Source of the DNA: the human T2T-CHM13v2.0 reference genome, Homo sapiens
Length of the DNA stretch: 64,000 nt
Strand: one strand, 5' to 3'
Assembly: GCF_009914755.1 (NCBI RefSeq)
Contig: NC_060926.1
The translations under genes were made by a program, and so were the position numbers. The notes under the pieces were generated by a model. It made no database searches. It had not been told where the DNA came from and saw only the letters and a list, made by a program, of their open reading frames with translations. Each line of letters opens with the position of its first letter. Position 1 is the first letter of the stretch. This document shows, piece after piece, positions 1 through 16,193 of this stretch.

Positions 1-2125
1 GAGATTTGCGTATAGACATATTTCTAGTGCATCAATGACAGGTGGCTCTTCCCCATCTAAGCAGGATGGATGGAGGGAGTTAGGTACAATGGCTTATAAT
101 TTTCAAATACTGTAATTTTTTTTGTAAAGATGGAAACCATTATTTTTTAAAAGCATGTGGTTTCAATAGTGCATATTTGATTTATGACTAAGAATTCTTT
201 TTCTCCATGCCATATTAGTACCCTCACTTAATTAAATAGTTTTCTTTTTTGAAACTTAGATTGGACAGAAATCTGTTTTACCAAGGTAGTGAATATGGCT
301 TTGTCAAAATCTCTGTGTGTTTGTGTGTGTGTATGTTGAAATAAGTGCAGAATTGAGATAATGATGTGGACAACTTGGGTTTACAAAACATAAAAAACAT
401 GGAAAGGTAAGACACTTTCTTTCTTGAATTTGAGGCAAAAATCTCTGTCCTTCCTCTCCACTTGGCAGGCTGAGAAAAAATGTTGGTCTGAACAACTCAG
501 AGAATCCTTAGTTTCATCTGCACCTCAGTCTTGTCAAAATGACATGGGCGTGTGAGCTTAGTTGGATTTAACTGGATGTGAACCCGAGTACATATTACAA
601 ATGCAAATCAAGTCTTCATTTTTTTAACCATAAAAGGTATGAACATAAATTCCAAAGCTGATTTTACATGAAATGACGTGGGATAACAATATTACTTCCT
701 TTTGTGGACCTGTTTCTCCTCCCACAGTACGTAAGACTTCTTTACCTCTCTTGAAGCTTGTCAGTGCAAGCCCATCAACATTTACCTGTATAAACTTATA
801 ATTAAAAAATATACCCTAATTCTTTAGCAGCTAATTCTATTGAGTATTATTCACCCTTTACAAGAAATCCCTTAAAGATCTAAAGAGTGACAGCCTCATT
901 AAATTTTCATTGCCCACCTTGATGCTTTTCCATTTTTGGAAGTATCCTCTCACTTTCTCCTTTACATACAGGAGCACAAAAAGAAATTCAAAGGAAGGTA
1001 CCTTGGAAGAAGAACTTCATTAAACAATTATCAAATTAGAAAATTACATGCTTAAATATCACACACATACATAATAAGATGAGATATGCATGTGTTTGCA
1101 TGTTTGTGTGAGGCTATACATATTCTGATATATGTATAAATATGCATAATTTTCTCGTACAACATAATTACAGAAAATTATGTATCTAACCAATTAGTCA
1201 TCAGAACAATTTTCTTCATATTTTCTTTCTCCTTAGCTAAAATGGCCTTGATAATCCTACCTTCACCTTCTGCAGTTACTCTCTCATCCACTGCCCTCCT
1301 CTGACTCTCCCCTACCATGCTTCACATTTTATGCCTTCCTTGCAGTGCCAGCTCCTTCCTCCTGCTCTGATTCTGTTCACTCTTCCACCCTCTTCCCGAG
1401 TCTCAGATACTGGGCAATACTCCAACTGTTTGTGGGTGGACAAAACAATTACATAGAAACTCTAACAGAAACACAGAAGATTCCGTCTGAGGTTGTGAAT
1501 GGTCCTAGACCACGACTGGTTCTTTCCACCTGTTTATCATTCAGTTGCAAAGAGGAGAATATGGCATCACTCTAAGCAGGATTTGGTTGCCAAAGTGTCC
1601 TTCCATGCCAGTCCACTGGCTTACCAAAGGTCCAGTGTAGCCAAAACACTTCCCTTTAGAGCACCACCACAGTCCACAAAAAGGGAGAGACTTCCAGACC
1701 TTGGAGAGACAGCATTAAGGCTAAGCTCAGCCTTGCAAGTGTGTTCTGGAATGCAAAGCAATACTCGGGGAACTCCAGCTCTGTCCCTACAAGCCTGAGC
1801 TCTAAGGAAGGCCATGGGAAATCCCCACCCTCAAGCTTAATGCACTACACTGAAGCTGGCAGGGCCTGCCTCTTCCCCTGCTGCCCCTCTCTCTCTACCC
1901 TGGCTCTCTCTCTACCCTGGCAAGACCTGCCATATCTCATATTCTGTCATCAGCTCTCTGAATAGCTACCTTTAGCCTGTCAGAGTAGATGCTGAAGTAT
2001 TCAAACAGTTCCACCTTGGCTCATGGCATAAAAAGTCAAGGTGGGGTTTGCTCAGAGATTTTCTTTTCCCTCCCCCTCTCCACTTCCCCTGTAAACCCAC
2101 CGGGGCAAGGTTGAGGCTCCTATGA

Positions 2126-2360
2126 CAGCATTTCTCAACCTTTTTTCTCACCATTGCTCTCAGCCTTTTTAGACGTTTTTCCTAACACAGTAGTACCAAG
2201 TTATTTCCCCGTAACAATTTAATAACACAGATGTACTATGTATCTGCTTATGTACGATATGTATATCTCTGTTTTATACATAACACAAGTTAGACGTTTT
2301 GACCCCTCCAAGAACCAATATTCACCTCTTGGAAGTGATATGATCCCCATTAAATGCATG
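2126..2360 (+). mobile_element. MER112-like hAT-Charlie DNA transposon fossil
   Basis: Starts CAGCATTTCTCAACCTTTTTT; internal CCTTTTTAGACGTTTTTCCTAA, ACAGATGTACTATGTATCTG and CCAAGAACCAAT; ends AATGCATG. Matches the recalled MER112 consensus. Confidence 0.7.
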
Positions 2361-2919
2361 GTCTATGGATTTTTTGGTATGGCTAAGGTAAGGCTGACAA
2401 TGAATTTGGTATAACCAAGGTCCCTAGCCTTTAGGCCGCCTACCTGAGATGTTCTGTGCACACCATCCCACTGCACTCTTACAACTCTAGTGTATTTCAC
2501 TTTGTATCCTCAACATTGGGAAGCATCAGAGATATCCATAGGGCTGCCTGGGTCCAGAGGTAGGGCTGTAGTGGAGATGAGAGTGGTGCAAAAATAACAG
2601 GTGTACAATATTATTGTGGAGTTAACCACCGTACTATCCCGAAAGCATTCTCCTGACCTCAGGCCGATTGTTGCCTGGTTCTTTATCTAAATATTTAGTG
2701 ATACAGAGACATTGCACATCATATGCAGTTTATGAAACATTCCCGATATAACAAGGATTGATGATGCGGTGGGCTTATCTGGATTCCCAGCACAGGAAAG
2801 TTGTGGGAGAGTGGGGAGGAATGAAATGTTGTGGGCAGACCCAGTGAAGAGTGGAGAGACGATAGTCTCAGCATGGTGGTAATAGGCATCACTGGCTTTT
2901 CTAGAAACCACAGACCATG

Positions 2920-5057
2920 TGATATGGTTTGGTTCTGTCCCCACCCACATCTCATCTTGAATTGCAGTTCCCATAATCCCCATATGTCATGGGAGGAAAC
3001 CAATGGGAGGTAATTTAATCATGAGAGCAGTTACCCCCATGCTGTTCTCCTGATTGTGTGTTCTCACAAGATCTGATGGTTTTTTAAGGGGCTTTTCCCC
3101 CTTTTGCTTTGCACTTCCCTTTCCTGCTGCCATGTGAAAAAGGACATTTTTGTTTTGCCTTCCACTATGATTATAAGTTTCCTAAGGCCTCCCCAGCTCT
3201 GTGGAACTGTGAGTCAATTAAGCCTCTTTCTTTATAAATTACCCAGTCTCAGGTATTTCTACATAGTAGTGTGAGAACAAACTAATACAGCAAATTATTA
3301 CCAGTAGAGTGGGGTGCTGCTATAAGGATACCCAAAAATGAAGCAACTGTGGAACCAGGTAACAGGCAGAGGTTGGAACAGGTTAGAGGACTCAGAAGAA
3401 GACAGGAAATGTGGGAAAGTTTGGAACTTCCAAGAGACTTGGAAAGCTCATAAGACAGGAAGATGTGGGAAAGTTCGGAACTTCCTAGAGACTTGTTAAA
3501 TGGCTTTGACCAAAATGTGACAGTGATATGGACAATGAAGTCTAGGTTGAGGTGGTCTCAGATGGAGATGAGGAACTTGTTGGAAATTGGAACAAAGGTG
3601 ACTCTTGCTGTGCTTTAGCAAACAGACTGGTGGTTTTTTGACCTTGCCCTAAGATCTGTGGAACTTTGAACTTGAGAGAGATGATTTGGGGTACCTGGTG
3701 GAAGAAATTTCTAGGCAGCAAAGTGTTCAAGAGGAAGCAGAGCATAAAAGTTTAGAAAATTTGCAGCCTGATGCTGCAATAGAAAAGAAAAAGCTATTTT
3801 CTGGGGAGAAATTCAAACCTGCTGCAGAAATTTGCATAAGTAACGAGGAGCCGAATGTTAATCACCAAGACAATGGGGAAAATGTCTCCAGGGTATGTCA
3901 GAAAACTTCACAGCAGTCCTTCCCATCACAGGCCCGAAAGGCTAGGAGGGAAAAATGGTTTCCTGGGCCAGATCCAGGGACCCACTACTGTGTGCAGCCT
4001 CAGCACTGCATCCCAGCCACTGCAGCCATGGCTAAAAGGGGCCAAGGTACAGCTCAGGACATTGCATCAGAGAGTGGAAGCCCCCAGCATTGGCAGCTTC
4101 CATGTGGTGTTGGTCCTGTGGGTGTGCAGAAGACAAGATTTGAGGTTTGAGAACCTCTGCCTAGATTTCAGAGGATGTATAGAAATGCCTGGATGTCCAG
4201 GCAGAAGTTTGCTGCAGGGGCAGAGCTCTCATGGAGAACCTCTGCTAGGGCAGTGTGAAAGGGAAATGTGAGAGTGGAGCCCCCACACAGAGTCCCCACT
4301 GGGGCACTGCCTGGTGGAGCTGTGAGAAGAGGGCCACCATCCTCCAGGCCCCAGAATGGTAGACCATCTCTTGCATCAGCTTGACCTGGATGTGAGACAT
4401 GGAATCAAAGGAGATCATTTTGGAACTTTAAGGTTTAATGACTGCCCTATTGGATTTCAGACTTGCATGGGGACTGTAGCCCCTTTGTTTTGGCCAATTT
4501 ATCCCATGTGGAACAGGTGTATTTACCCAATGCCTGTTCCCCCATTGTATCTAGAAGGTAATTAACTTGTTTTTGATTTTACAGGATCATAGGTCAAAGG
4601 GACTTGCCTTGTCTCAGATGAGACTTTGATCTTGAACTTTTGAGTCAATGCTGGAATGAGTTAAGACTTTGGGGGACTGTTGGAAAAGCATGATTGTGTT
4701 TTGAAATGTGAGGACATGAGATTTGGGAGGGACCCGGGGCAGAATGATATGGTTTGGCTGTGTCCCCAACCAAATTTCATCTCGAATTGTAGTACCCATA
4801 ATCCCTACATGTCACATGAGGGAACTGGTGGGAGGTAGTATAACCATGGGGGTTGTTACTCTAATGCTGTTCTCATGATAGTGAGTTCTCATGAGATCTG
4901 GTGGTTTTATAAGGGGCTTTTCCCCCTTTTGCTTGGCACTCCTCCTTGCTGCCACCAGGTGAAGAAGGATGTGTTTGTGTCCCCTTCCGTAATCCTCTTT
5001 CCTTTATAAATTACCCAGTATTGGGTATTTCTTCATGGCAGTGTGAGAACTAACATA
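2920..5057 (+). mobile_element. Full-length MaLR provirus, THE1D-like (LTR-internal-LTR)
   Basis: 5' LTR 2920-3289 (TGATATGGTTTGG...CTAATACA), internal 3290-4744 with purine tract before the 3' LTR, 3' LTR 4745-5057. Perfect 5-bp TSD CCATG at 2915-2919 and 5058-5062. Confidence 0.93.
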
Positions 5058-5339
5058 CCATGCTTCCCTTTAAATATGTCTCCTCCTTGCACTTGGTCTA
5101 TACAATGCTTCAAGGGATGGATATGGTCAGAACTGCACTTTACGAAGCTCAACTACTACTTTTTAAATATATATATTTAATGACTTTTAATTGTCTACAA
5201 GGTGAAGTGAATTTTTATTAAACTAGCATTTTAGGACGACCATAGAATGATCCTACTTACTTATCTGCTACTGGTCTGTGCCCTGCAGTCTATAGCCTCA
5301 TTGTAACACGAATTCTAAACTAATTATGACTGAAATACA

Positions 5340-5680
5340 ACTTACATGCCTTTGCTGATGGTACGTTTTCTACATGCAATAATCTTCCCTTCAATTGCCA
5401 CCTATTCAAATCTTGCCCTTTTTACACATTCACGGTCAGCCTCTAGAAAGCAATTTCTGAATCCAAAGAGATATTAATTCTTCCTCCTTTGAACTCTCAT
5501 TTCATTTCCTTGTACAAGCACAAAAGAGGAAATCAAATTATAATAAAAGGTAAAATTAGGTGTTTAGCTTCCCCACTAGACTGTAAGTTCACTGAGAACA
5601 AGAATTGGAGTATCTGTGAATCTTATTTAGTGTCTAGGGCTCATACCGAGGACACAGTCAAAGTACTGAATTTATTGTGT
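5340..5680 (+). mobile_element. L2 3' end fragment
   Basis: TTCCCCACTAGACTGTAAGTTCACTGAG...GTGTCTAGGGC, typical of L2 3' termini; highly diverged. Confidence 0.55.
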
Positions 5681-5849
5681 TCATTCTGTTGTGATGTTGC
5701 TTCTGGACAAGAATAGGAAAGAACTTTGCTGGAAACACCAATCTCAGATCATCTCCTCTATGACTGATAATGAGGCTTGAGCAGACTCTAACACTATAGA
5801 CTACAGATTAAGCAGAAGCAAGATATATGTTTCATTGCTGTTTGCAGTC

Positions 5850-6774
<925 letters not shown>

Positions 6775-8196
6775 AATCTTTTTGTTTTGTTTTGCTTGTT
6801 TGCTTTCTTATATTTCCTTGAGGAAAAAGGAGTTAGTAGGACTCATGAGCCATGTAACCTGGATGGTTTGTCCTTTTGTATCTTAATAACTCCTTTTAAC
6901 TACAAAGCTTAAAATAGTCCCTTTAACTGGAGCTAATGGGAATCCTTCACATGGCTTACTGGGCCCAACAACCCAACTCAAAGAATCATTTTTTCTATCT
7001 TTCCATTTTGCTTCGTTTATAAAATTTTGCCAGATGATAGTTTTCTGGGTAATTTCCTTGCTGTCCAATCCTCTCAGATTATTTAAAGTTAAGCAGTGTA
7101 GCTGGATGCAAAACTCTAGCTTTTATTATGTGTATAGAAGATAAATGTTATTGTTGTCTGTTTGGGATACTTGTACATTGTTTTCAAAGGGACAGGTCAT
7201 ATCCAAATCAATTGAAAAAAATAAACTTTCTAGGAGACAGTGTTCAGATGAAGGTCACTTTATGCTTGGGATTGAACAGCAAAGCAGTTGAAATTTGAAG
7301 TATACTGTTTTTTTCTCCCCTTTTGGTAACCATGGGAATAGCAGAGTGACTTATATACAAAGCTTGTGGGAAGGAATAACCTTGGAAATTCTTCTACTGA
7401 AGAATGATTTAAACCTTCTTGTGACACATGAATCACTGGGTGGTGCTTTCTGTCAACATTCTTTGCTCTTCTGAACCAGAAAAGCCAGTATCTGCCTGGT
7501 TACTGGTGGTGCCACTGCTGCTGGGAAACAGAACTGTGACAGTGGAATTCTTCTGAAATCATTTTGAAATAAGTTGCATGCATTTAGCAAATCCTATATA
7601 ATATTTTCATCACAGGTATCTTTTGGACATATTATTGATATTCTGCACTATAAAAAATGACATTTTGAACAACTTAATTTTTATTTTTAACTCAGAGAAA
7701 GGAAAAATATTTCAATAAATTATTTTAACACCAGAACAATATCTACGTATTGTATGTGATGGAATATTATATTTCTTTCAGTTAATTTTAATTCATTATC
7801 TTCAGTTTGCATCTCCTACAGAAGATATATATATATATATACTTATTTCTTTTTTTAATTCAAGTGATTTGAAGTGTTCTTCTTTTCTTTTGTGGAAACT
7901 ATTGCTTTGTACTATACCTTTTCTTCAAAAACAAGATTAAATGTAAAAATATATTAAAGCTGTTCTAGAGATTATTAAATTAGGTCTCTGTAATAGTTTT
8001 TGCCTATTAAATAGGAAGATAAGGGTCTGAGAAAACTATGGCTAGATCATGCAGTCAAACTAATTTTTTAATTTTCTTATCTGAACATTTTATCAAAAAT
8101 CATTTTGTATTTTGTTTGCTGGCTGTCATTCTTTGCATAAGAACTTGCACATCACTCTTCAGATTACATTTATTGACACAACTTCACTATAAATCA

Positions 8197-8367
<171 letters not shown>

Positions 8368-8589
8368 TTATACATTAATAGGTTATATTAGCTTTTCCTT
8401 CACTGGCTCTTCTATTTTTATCATTCCTTCACCAGCTTCTTTTTTGCTAAAATGCTAATACGTGTTCATCTAAGACAGCATGTTAAATGTCTAAACTCAG
8501 AGGGTACCTTTAACCCCACTTTCCCCATGCCCAGGGGCATAGCACATCATCACCTTGTGCTATGATAATCAGGCATAGGAAATCTCCTA

Positions 8590-8591
<2 letters not shown>

Positions 8592-8631
<40 letters not shown>

Positions 8632-8840
8632 AGAGAGAACATGAGCGTGTTGAATTAAGCAAACTAGGAGAGAGTAGTTTATATATATGTATTATATAAT
8701 ATTTTATATATGCGTACATATATAAATATATACATATATATCATACATACATACATTATATATACACATACATATATACCATATATAAATATGTTTTATA
8801 TTATATATATATAGAGAGAGAGAGAGAGCTAAAGAGAGAG
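8592..8840. repeat. (CA)n, TA-rich and (GA)n microsatellite cluster
   Basis: CA run at 8592-8629, degenerate (TA)n at 8680-8812, (GA)n at 8813-8828. Confidence 0.9.
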
Positions 8841-10899
8841 CTAATAACTGGCTTTAGTCTTTTGCACTTAGATGTGTCTTATTTCGTTCTCATGTCCAAT
8901 CTCCTTTAGCCTGAGAAACGTTTTGGCTTGTCTCTTTTGCCCACTCTTACCCATTCAGCACATTTACATGCATGAGCTGGAGCTACTCGACTTTGGGACC
9001 CAGATCCTAGGACCTCACATGTAATCAGGATGTGAATGCAGACATTCATTGCTATTGATTCATCTAGATAATCTTCCATTGTCACTAGTCAGTCATTGCA
9101 AACACCACTGGATTTTATCAATCCACTTTGCCTGTGAATATGGAATACTGGAAAAAGTTTCTACCACCCAAACAAATTTTAAATTGGCCTTGCTTGTTTG
9201 CACCACTCACATCAAACTGTAAGAACATCTGCAGTACCTACAAGACTGTGATTTCCTAGAAGAGACAACCATTGATGCATCAGTTTGTTGCCCTGTGCTT
9301 TGATCAGTGCACAGTGTATTACATATGCCCAGTAACTGACAAATGAAGAGCTTCCTCTCCCCTATCTGGTTTGATAAAAAACCCTGTTTCTGTAATCACT
9401 TGGAAACCACTGTGAGCTTATAACAGGAAGTCTCTAACTTCTACCGATTCTATTACAGAAATCACTTCTGGGGTTATGTGAAACAGAAACCCATAAACCA
9501 TCTATGGAGATGAAGTCACCACAGTGCTGTGTTGGACTTCGTCCTGTGAGTGTGGGGTAGGGAACTGTCTTCTAGGAGCAGGTGGTCATGGTATAGTGTG
9601 GGAGGGAAGAAGACAAGAGAAAGAAGACAGTTTTCTGGTACCTGATGTGGCTTTGTCAAAATTCCAAAATAGATCAAGTTCATTTGGGATATTCTTTCAC
9701 ATTTTATTTATTTTTTATTACTGGCAATTGTCTCTCAAATCATGCTGTGCTTACTTGCTCCCCACTCCCACTCCCTACCTCCACAATGCCTTTTTTCTGT
9801 TCTATACTTTCACCATAAAATCTCCGCAGGGGTGGGTGATGAGAAAGGCTAAAAGCAGCAGCTGATTTTAATGAGAATGACAGCAGCCTTGACTAAACTA
9901 ATATCCACTAAGGTTTGAATGACTAATAGCATTATTATTCCTCTGTTATTTGCATTTTGAAGTCTTGCCCCAGAGCGAATTATACCAGTTCCTGCTTTCA
10001 CAAGTTCCTTTCTCCACGTTTATACTCCACATCCAGTGTTTAGAACTGAAAGAGTTGCCACACATCTAAATATTCCTCACAATGTCTGTTCTGAATCAGC
10101 ATTTTTGCATAAAGGTGAATGTGGGTTCTGTGGAAACAGGGAATTCTGTGAGCCTGAAACTCTGATGAATGGCTTTATGTTTAGAAGTCAGCAATGCTGG
10201 TATGTGGGAAAATGTTGCTGTTCAGATCTTTTTGGTCTCCATTTCATCGTCTTTGCAGCTTAAAAAATAATCCAGTGAAAATCTTTGATGGGGAATGTAG
10301 CCTCAAACAAGTTTTCTTTATTCTTTTGTGATTCTAGAAACTTGATTATATCAATTAGGAAGGCTTTAAGTTTCTTGAGTGTCTCTAGGGAGTTTCATGT
10401 TTTACTCTTTGGTAATTCCTATAAAATTATGAGTGTGAACAAGCTTCAGACATCAGAAATCATTGCCAGCCTCCTTGAAGGGTCCAAAAGAAAATAATGT
10501 TCTTTAGGTAAATAATATGTGATGTAAAAGGAATATATGAACTGCAATGGTATTGTCTTACCTTATTCTCCTTTATAAATAATATATAAATTCATATTAC
10601 ATATATAGTGTATATGTTACATGCACACGAATTTACATGTAGAATTAGATATAGCTGAGCAAATACACAAAACAAATACATATTTGTTGTATATATTTAT
10701 ATTTTATATGTGTATGTATGTGTGTATATATGTATAAAATGCTACATAGACAAAAATATTATTTCTGAAGTATAATGATCATGTTAACATTAAAAGTTTG
10801 AATGTAAATTAATCTCCAGCCCTGTAACCAACTCCAACTCCCAACTCCTCTTCTCAAAAAGGAGCTATGCTGGGAAAAGCTAAACAGCTGTATGATTGA

Positions 10900-11259
<360 letters not shown>

Positions 11260-12278
11260 TTAATCAATTTTAAAATAAGACTGTAGTATGAGTTAGTGTA
11301 TTGTCTTGTTGACACAGTCTTTCTTGTTCAACTGGCATCCCTTTGAGGTCTGAAACAGCAGACTTTTTTCTATAAAAGTGTTCCTTAGTGTTATTTTTAA
11401 TGTTTTCATTTGGTCAACAAATATTTATCAAGGACCTACTTTGTGCAGATACCAAGATGAGGAAGACATCCCTGTCGTCTTCAGTGAGCTCTGTGTCTAG
11501 AGAGAGAAGTATTGTCTTCTATTATATTATGTGCATAGAACTATGTATTATGACTATATGTTCATGTTTACAGATTTAGGATTTTTCTGTAAAAGGTATT
11601 TATATTTAGATGTATTGAAATGTAAGATAAGTACATTTCTAGATCTTGAACCAAATTTTTTAGAAAGTCACTGTAAAGATAAATAAAAAAGTGTGTTTAT
11701 CCTGTGAAGAAAAAAACAAAAATGTGCATTTTTCTGACAATGATTGGTGAGTTTCCAAATATCTATAGCCTAAGTTATTAAAGTTAAATAGTAAAACAAT
11801 ATATCTTTATAAATTCTTGTGTAACTTTGACTTTATAACTATGTTATTGATCAAATGTGTTTTCCCTTTTCTAGGGAAAAAAAGGCCTTTAAAAATCTCA
11901 TATAGCTTATTGATGATCAAGTGCCTTGTAGAAAGTAACGTTTTGATGAAGAAAGTGAGAATAAATCAGGAACATATGGATTTCATTTATCTCCAAATGT
12001 ACAGACTTTTTAAGAGGTTCTGAGGGAAATTCCTGGCAAAATGCTCCTGATTTAGAGTATAAAACATATCTGAAAAATACACAAAAAGGTGGGCAACAGA
12101 AAAATTTAATATATGGAGTCTGCAACACATTGAATTTCTTTCTCACTCAAATATGTCTAGGACTATTCTGGAAACACACAGCCACATCCTGGAGTGACTC
12201 GTCCTTGCTAAAACTTCAATTCTGTGTTAAATGTGTGGACTGGTTCAAAAGGCAGCCGGTTATACACTCTTACAAATA

Positions 12279-12365
12279 AGAATAAGCCTTCTTGACCAAT
12301 AACCAGTGAGGTACAATCAACTGTGGATCTCCAGCTAAAACCTAACTCCTTTGTCACTTTCCTTG
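12279..12365 (+). repeat. Dispersed direct repeat, copy 1 (partner 16194-16279)
   Basis: AGAATAAGCCTTCTTGACCAATAACCAGTGAGGTACAATCAACTGTGGATCTCCAGCTAAAACC... recurs 3.9 kb downstream with 3 differences. Confidence 0.95.
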
Positions 12366-14206
12366 TTACCCTGAATAATGTAGGATTTCCAACATGTGAC
12401 TTGGAAAACCCCTTACTAGTGGCTGGGGTTGGTGGGGGGTGGTAGAAATGGAGCATGTGTGCACACGTGTGTGTGTAAAACAGCGAGCGACATATTTTTA
12501 GAAATAGGGCACTTGCATCTCAATAATGCATTCTCATACCAATTTTCTGATGTAGTTGCATAATTTCACTTACATGTGCAGTGTTACTCAATTGTATACC
12601 TCATTAACATGTTATGATAGTCTTCCTGAGAGGTAGGCATGCACATCTTAGCCATTGGAAGGGGATAAGGAGGAGATGAGGGCACCTTCTCCCTCTCACG
12701 TAGAGACAGTGGCATTGTTTGTGAGGTTTCTCTCCTCCCTGCTCTGCTCCTTTTCACCTGTAGCCCGTGTAGGAGTGATTCCAAGCTCTCTGAAAGAGCA
12801 GTGAGTCTGTGTATACGTTACATGCACACAAATTTACATGCAGAGTTCCTCAAAGCAGAATAGTTCCACGGTGCTCTTGTAAGCCTCCATGGAACCAAAG
12901 TGCATCATCCTTCTTTCCTCCATCTCCTTCAAGGCAGGAGGAGGACACTGAGCAGCCTCAGGGATGGATGGATGACTGGAGGAGATGATTCAAAAATAAG
13001 ACTCAAAAGAGGGCAGTGGCACATGATAGGTGGTCCTCAAGCTTGATTACCTGGAGGACCAGGTAATCAGAAGGTGGCCCAAAGCATGAGGCCCCTGCCT
13101 TACGTTCCCCATAGCCTCCAAGTATTTGATGCTATAGCATTGTGCCCAGAGATGACTCCAGTGGTCTTAAAATTGAACCTGAGCCTGGGGCAGAATAGAA
13201 ATTGCAATCTCTGACATCACTGTCTCCGTGATGCTTGTGAGCAAACTACCTCTTTCTCTGCATGTGGCTCCTCTGAGATCCAGGCTTCCCTGGAGTCCAT
13301 GAGGTGCAGAGCACCTCCATGACCACGAAGAACAGATGAACTCTTTTCCACATTCTAGTGGAAAGCTCTCTGTTCAGTCTTCACTTGGGTGAGTATTTTT
13401 CTTTAGTAAGTACAGTCAGATCTTCTTGAATCATAACTTAACATTTTTGTAATAATGCCAGGAATTAATCACTTTCTATTGCTCACATCTTGATTATACA
13501 TTCTTTCTTCAGAACACTGTAAGATATCTGATCTTAAATAACAAGGTTTTGGAATTTACAAAACATTTGTTTCATTCTTTTCTCACTCAAAAATAGAGAG
13601 GCCTGATTCTTGCATTGGCTGCATAAAGAGGCTAGCACCACAGTCTTAAAGGTACAGGTGGGAGGAAAGCAAAACTTTGCATCCCACCCACAGACCTGGA
13701 TTTTTATTCATCCCAGCTTCCATTCCAGTAGAGGGGGCAATGGTGTCCAAGTCCCTGGAGACTAGCAGAAGACCATGGTAGATAGATGCCAGAGCTTCAT
13801 CACCACCATATCAATGGGATCACCATGAGCACCTGGCAGTCAGGCTTCCCATCCCAAATGCTCTAGGACATAGGGATCCATGTATGGCCAGGGAATTCCT
13901 GGGCTTGAGCTTCTGGCACCACTGTCCATTGCATCCTAGGGTGATTTTCGCCCAGTTCTCCCTAGTCATCAGCCCCAGGAATGTCTGCAGAGGAATAAAC
14001 TCCTGGCCTTGGAACAGCATGGTCTCCCAGTCTTGTAAAGAGGGCAAAGTTAGAAGGACTACCAGCTTCCCAGCTGTGAGATTCTAGACAGGCCTGTCAC
14101 ATCTCCTGTCACTTCTCCACCCCTTTCTCTATCAATGGCTCACAACATTTTTTGAACATGCCCTGTGGAAATTTTGGCCTAGCACAAATACAAACACAAA
14201 TACTGA

Positions 14207-14561
<355 letters not shown>

Positions 14562-14865
14562 CATTCCTAACCTTTTTATAGTAACATACCCTGAGATTTT
14601 TTTTTCTTTTTTTCTGTTTTCCTTTGATTCTTGCCATGGTCCACAAAACTGACTTCATGACCTAGAAATGATCACAACCTACAGTTTTAAATGTAATGCC
14701 TTATGGGATGTGGCTTACTTGCACATTAGAAAACATTTAAAAAATATTAATAATAAGAGCTGTGATTTATTAGCATCTACCACATATCAGGTACTGGGCT
14801 AGGTGCTTTACACAACTCCTCTCATCTTTACAATATCTTTTAAAGGTAGGTGTAATTATACCCAC

Positions 14866-15187
14866 TTTATTTTATTTTATTTTATTTATTTTTATTTTTA
14901 TTTTTTTGAGACAGAGTCTCACTCTGTCGCCCAGGTTGGAGTGCAGTGGCGCGATCTCTGCTCACTGCAAGCTCCACCTCCTGGGTTCACGCCTTCTCCT
15001 GCCTCAGCCTCCTTAGTAGCTGGGACTACAGGCACCCACCACCACACCTGGCTAATTTGTTGTATTTTTAGTAGAGATGGGGTTTCACCATACTAGCCAG
15101 GATGGTCTCCATCTCCTGACCTTGTGATCTGCCCGCCTCGGCCTCCCAAAGTGCTGGGATTACAGGCGTGAGCCACTGCACCTGGCC
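14866..15187 (-). mobile_element. AluY-like, inserted in a MIR relic
   Basis: (TTTTA)n tail and Alu body; TSD TACCCA(C/T)TTTAT. Flanks GGTGCTTTACAC...CCCATTTTATAGATGAG are MIR-like. Confidence 0.95.
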
Positions 15188-15298
15188 CTACCCATTTTAT
15201 AGATGAGATATTCAAGTTTATATAATATAACAACATTTAGATTTTATAATGTAGTACAAATTTTTAAAATATTTCTATTTACAAAAAATGGGTGGGGT

Positions 15299-15400
15299 TA
15301 TATATGTGCATATGTATAAAGATTATATGCATGTGTGTGTGTATATATATGTGTATATATATGTGTGTGTGTGTGTATGTGTATATATATATATATATAT
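15299..15400. repeat. (TA)n/(TG)n compound microsatellite
   Basis: Alternating TG and TA runs. Confidence 0.9.
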
Positions 15401-16193
15401 AAATTTTTTTTTTCCTGTAAGATAGTGAATGGATTCAGAAGAAGGCAGATTGATTGGCATGGGCAGGAGAGGGCCTCAGGAGAAAAATAATCCAATGAAT
15501 TTTGTGTAATAACTTATGAAATGATTTTAAGGCTGGGGAAGTACAGCTATAAAAGAAAAGCCTGTCATGTGTAAAGCAGTACAATTTTTGTAAGCTTAAT
15601 TTTTTCCTGAGGAAAAAATTTAAAATATTTGTTTTTGTCTCTCTTACAAGATTTCACAAACTATCTTCTATCTTTTGTATGGAAGTGAGTGTGCTGCCTA
15701 AACTTGTCTCAACCTACTACCAACAAACCAGGTAAAAATGGAAAAAGGCATCAGAGATTCATGTTGTTTGATCAACTGGTCTCTTAACACTTCGTTAGGT
15801 TGACTATCCTCAACAGGAAATGATTCAAAGGTAGCAACATTGACTGCTTTTGTTTTTGTTCTATTTTGTTATTTAATCTACATGATATCATTGGTGCTAA
15901 AGAGTAAATCTTTGGTAATTTGTAAAGGTATTCTGTCCCTCTGGCCACTACAATAATCCCAGGTCCAAAAGCCAGGTTGTGGGGTCACAGAAGGAAGCTG
16001 CTCCCTCACTGATGTCTGTAGTGTCTCGCTGGCTCCTGCCTAGCATTCTGTATTTCTGTGCTAGGTTAGATACTGTCAAATATGTTGCTTTTCACCAGCC
16101 CAGATACTTGGCATCTGTCTACACTGTAGGATTATTATGCTTTCTAGTTCCATAAAAAAGCCAGCAATTTGTCTGCATCGTTCTCTACACCCT

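Noticed and set aside
1887-1920. 17-bp tandem doublet CTCTCTCTCTACCCTGG
   Set aside because: Ordinary slippage in CT-rich sequence.
3686-4271. 154-aa and 138-aa ORFs
   Set aside because: They lie within THE1 internal sequence, are broken remnants, and start at non-ATG or internal codons.
13380-13400. Isolated plus-strand splice donor GG|GTGAGT (also acceptor-like sites near 11874, 48050 and 55940)
   Set aside because: No matched exon boundaries or reading frame; such sites are expected by chance.
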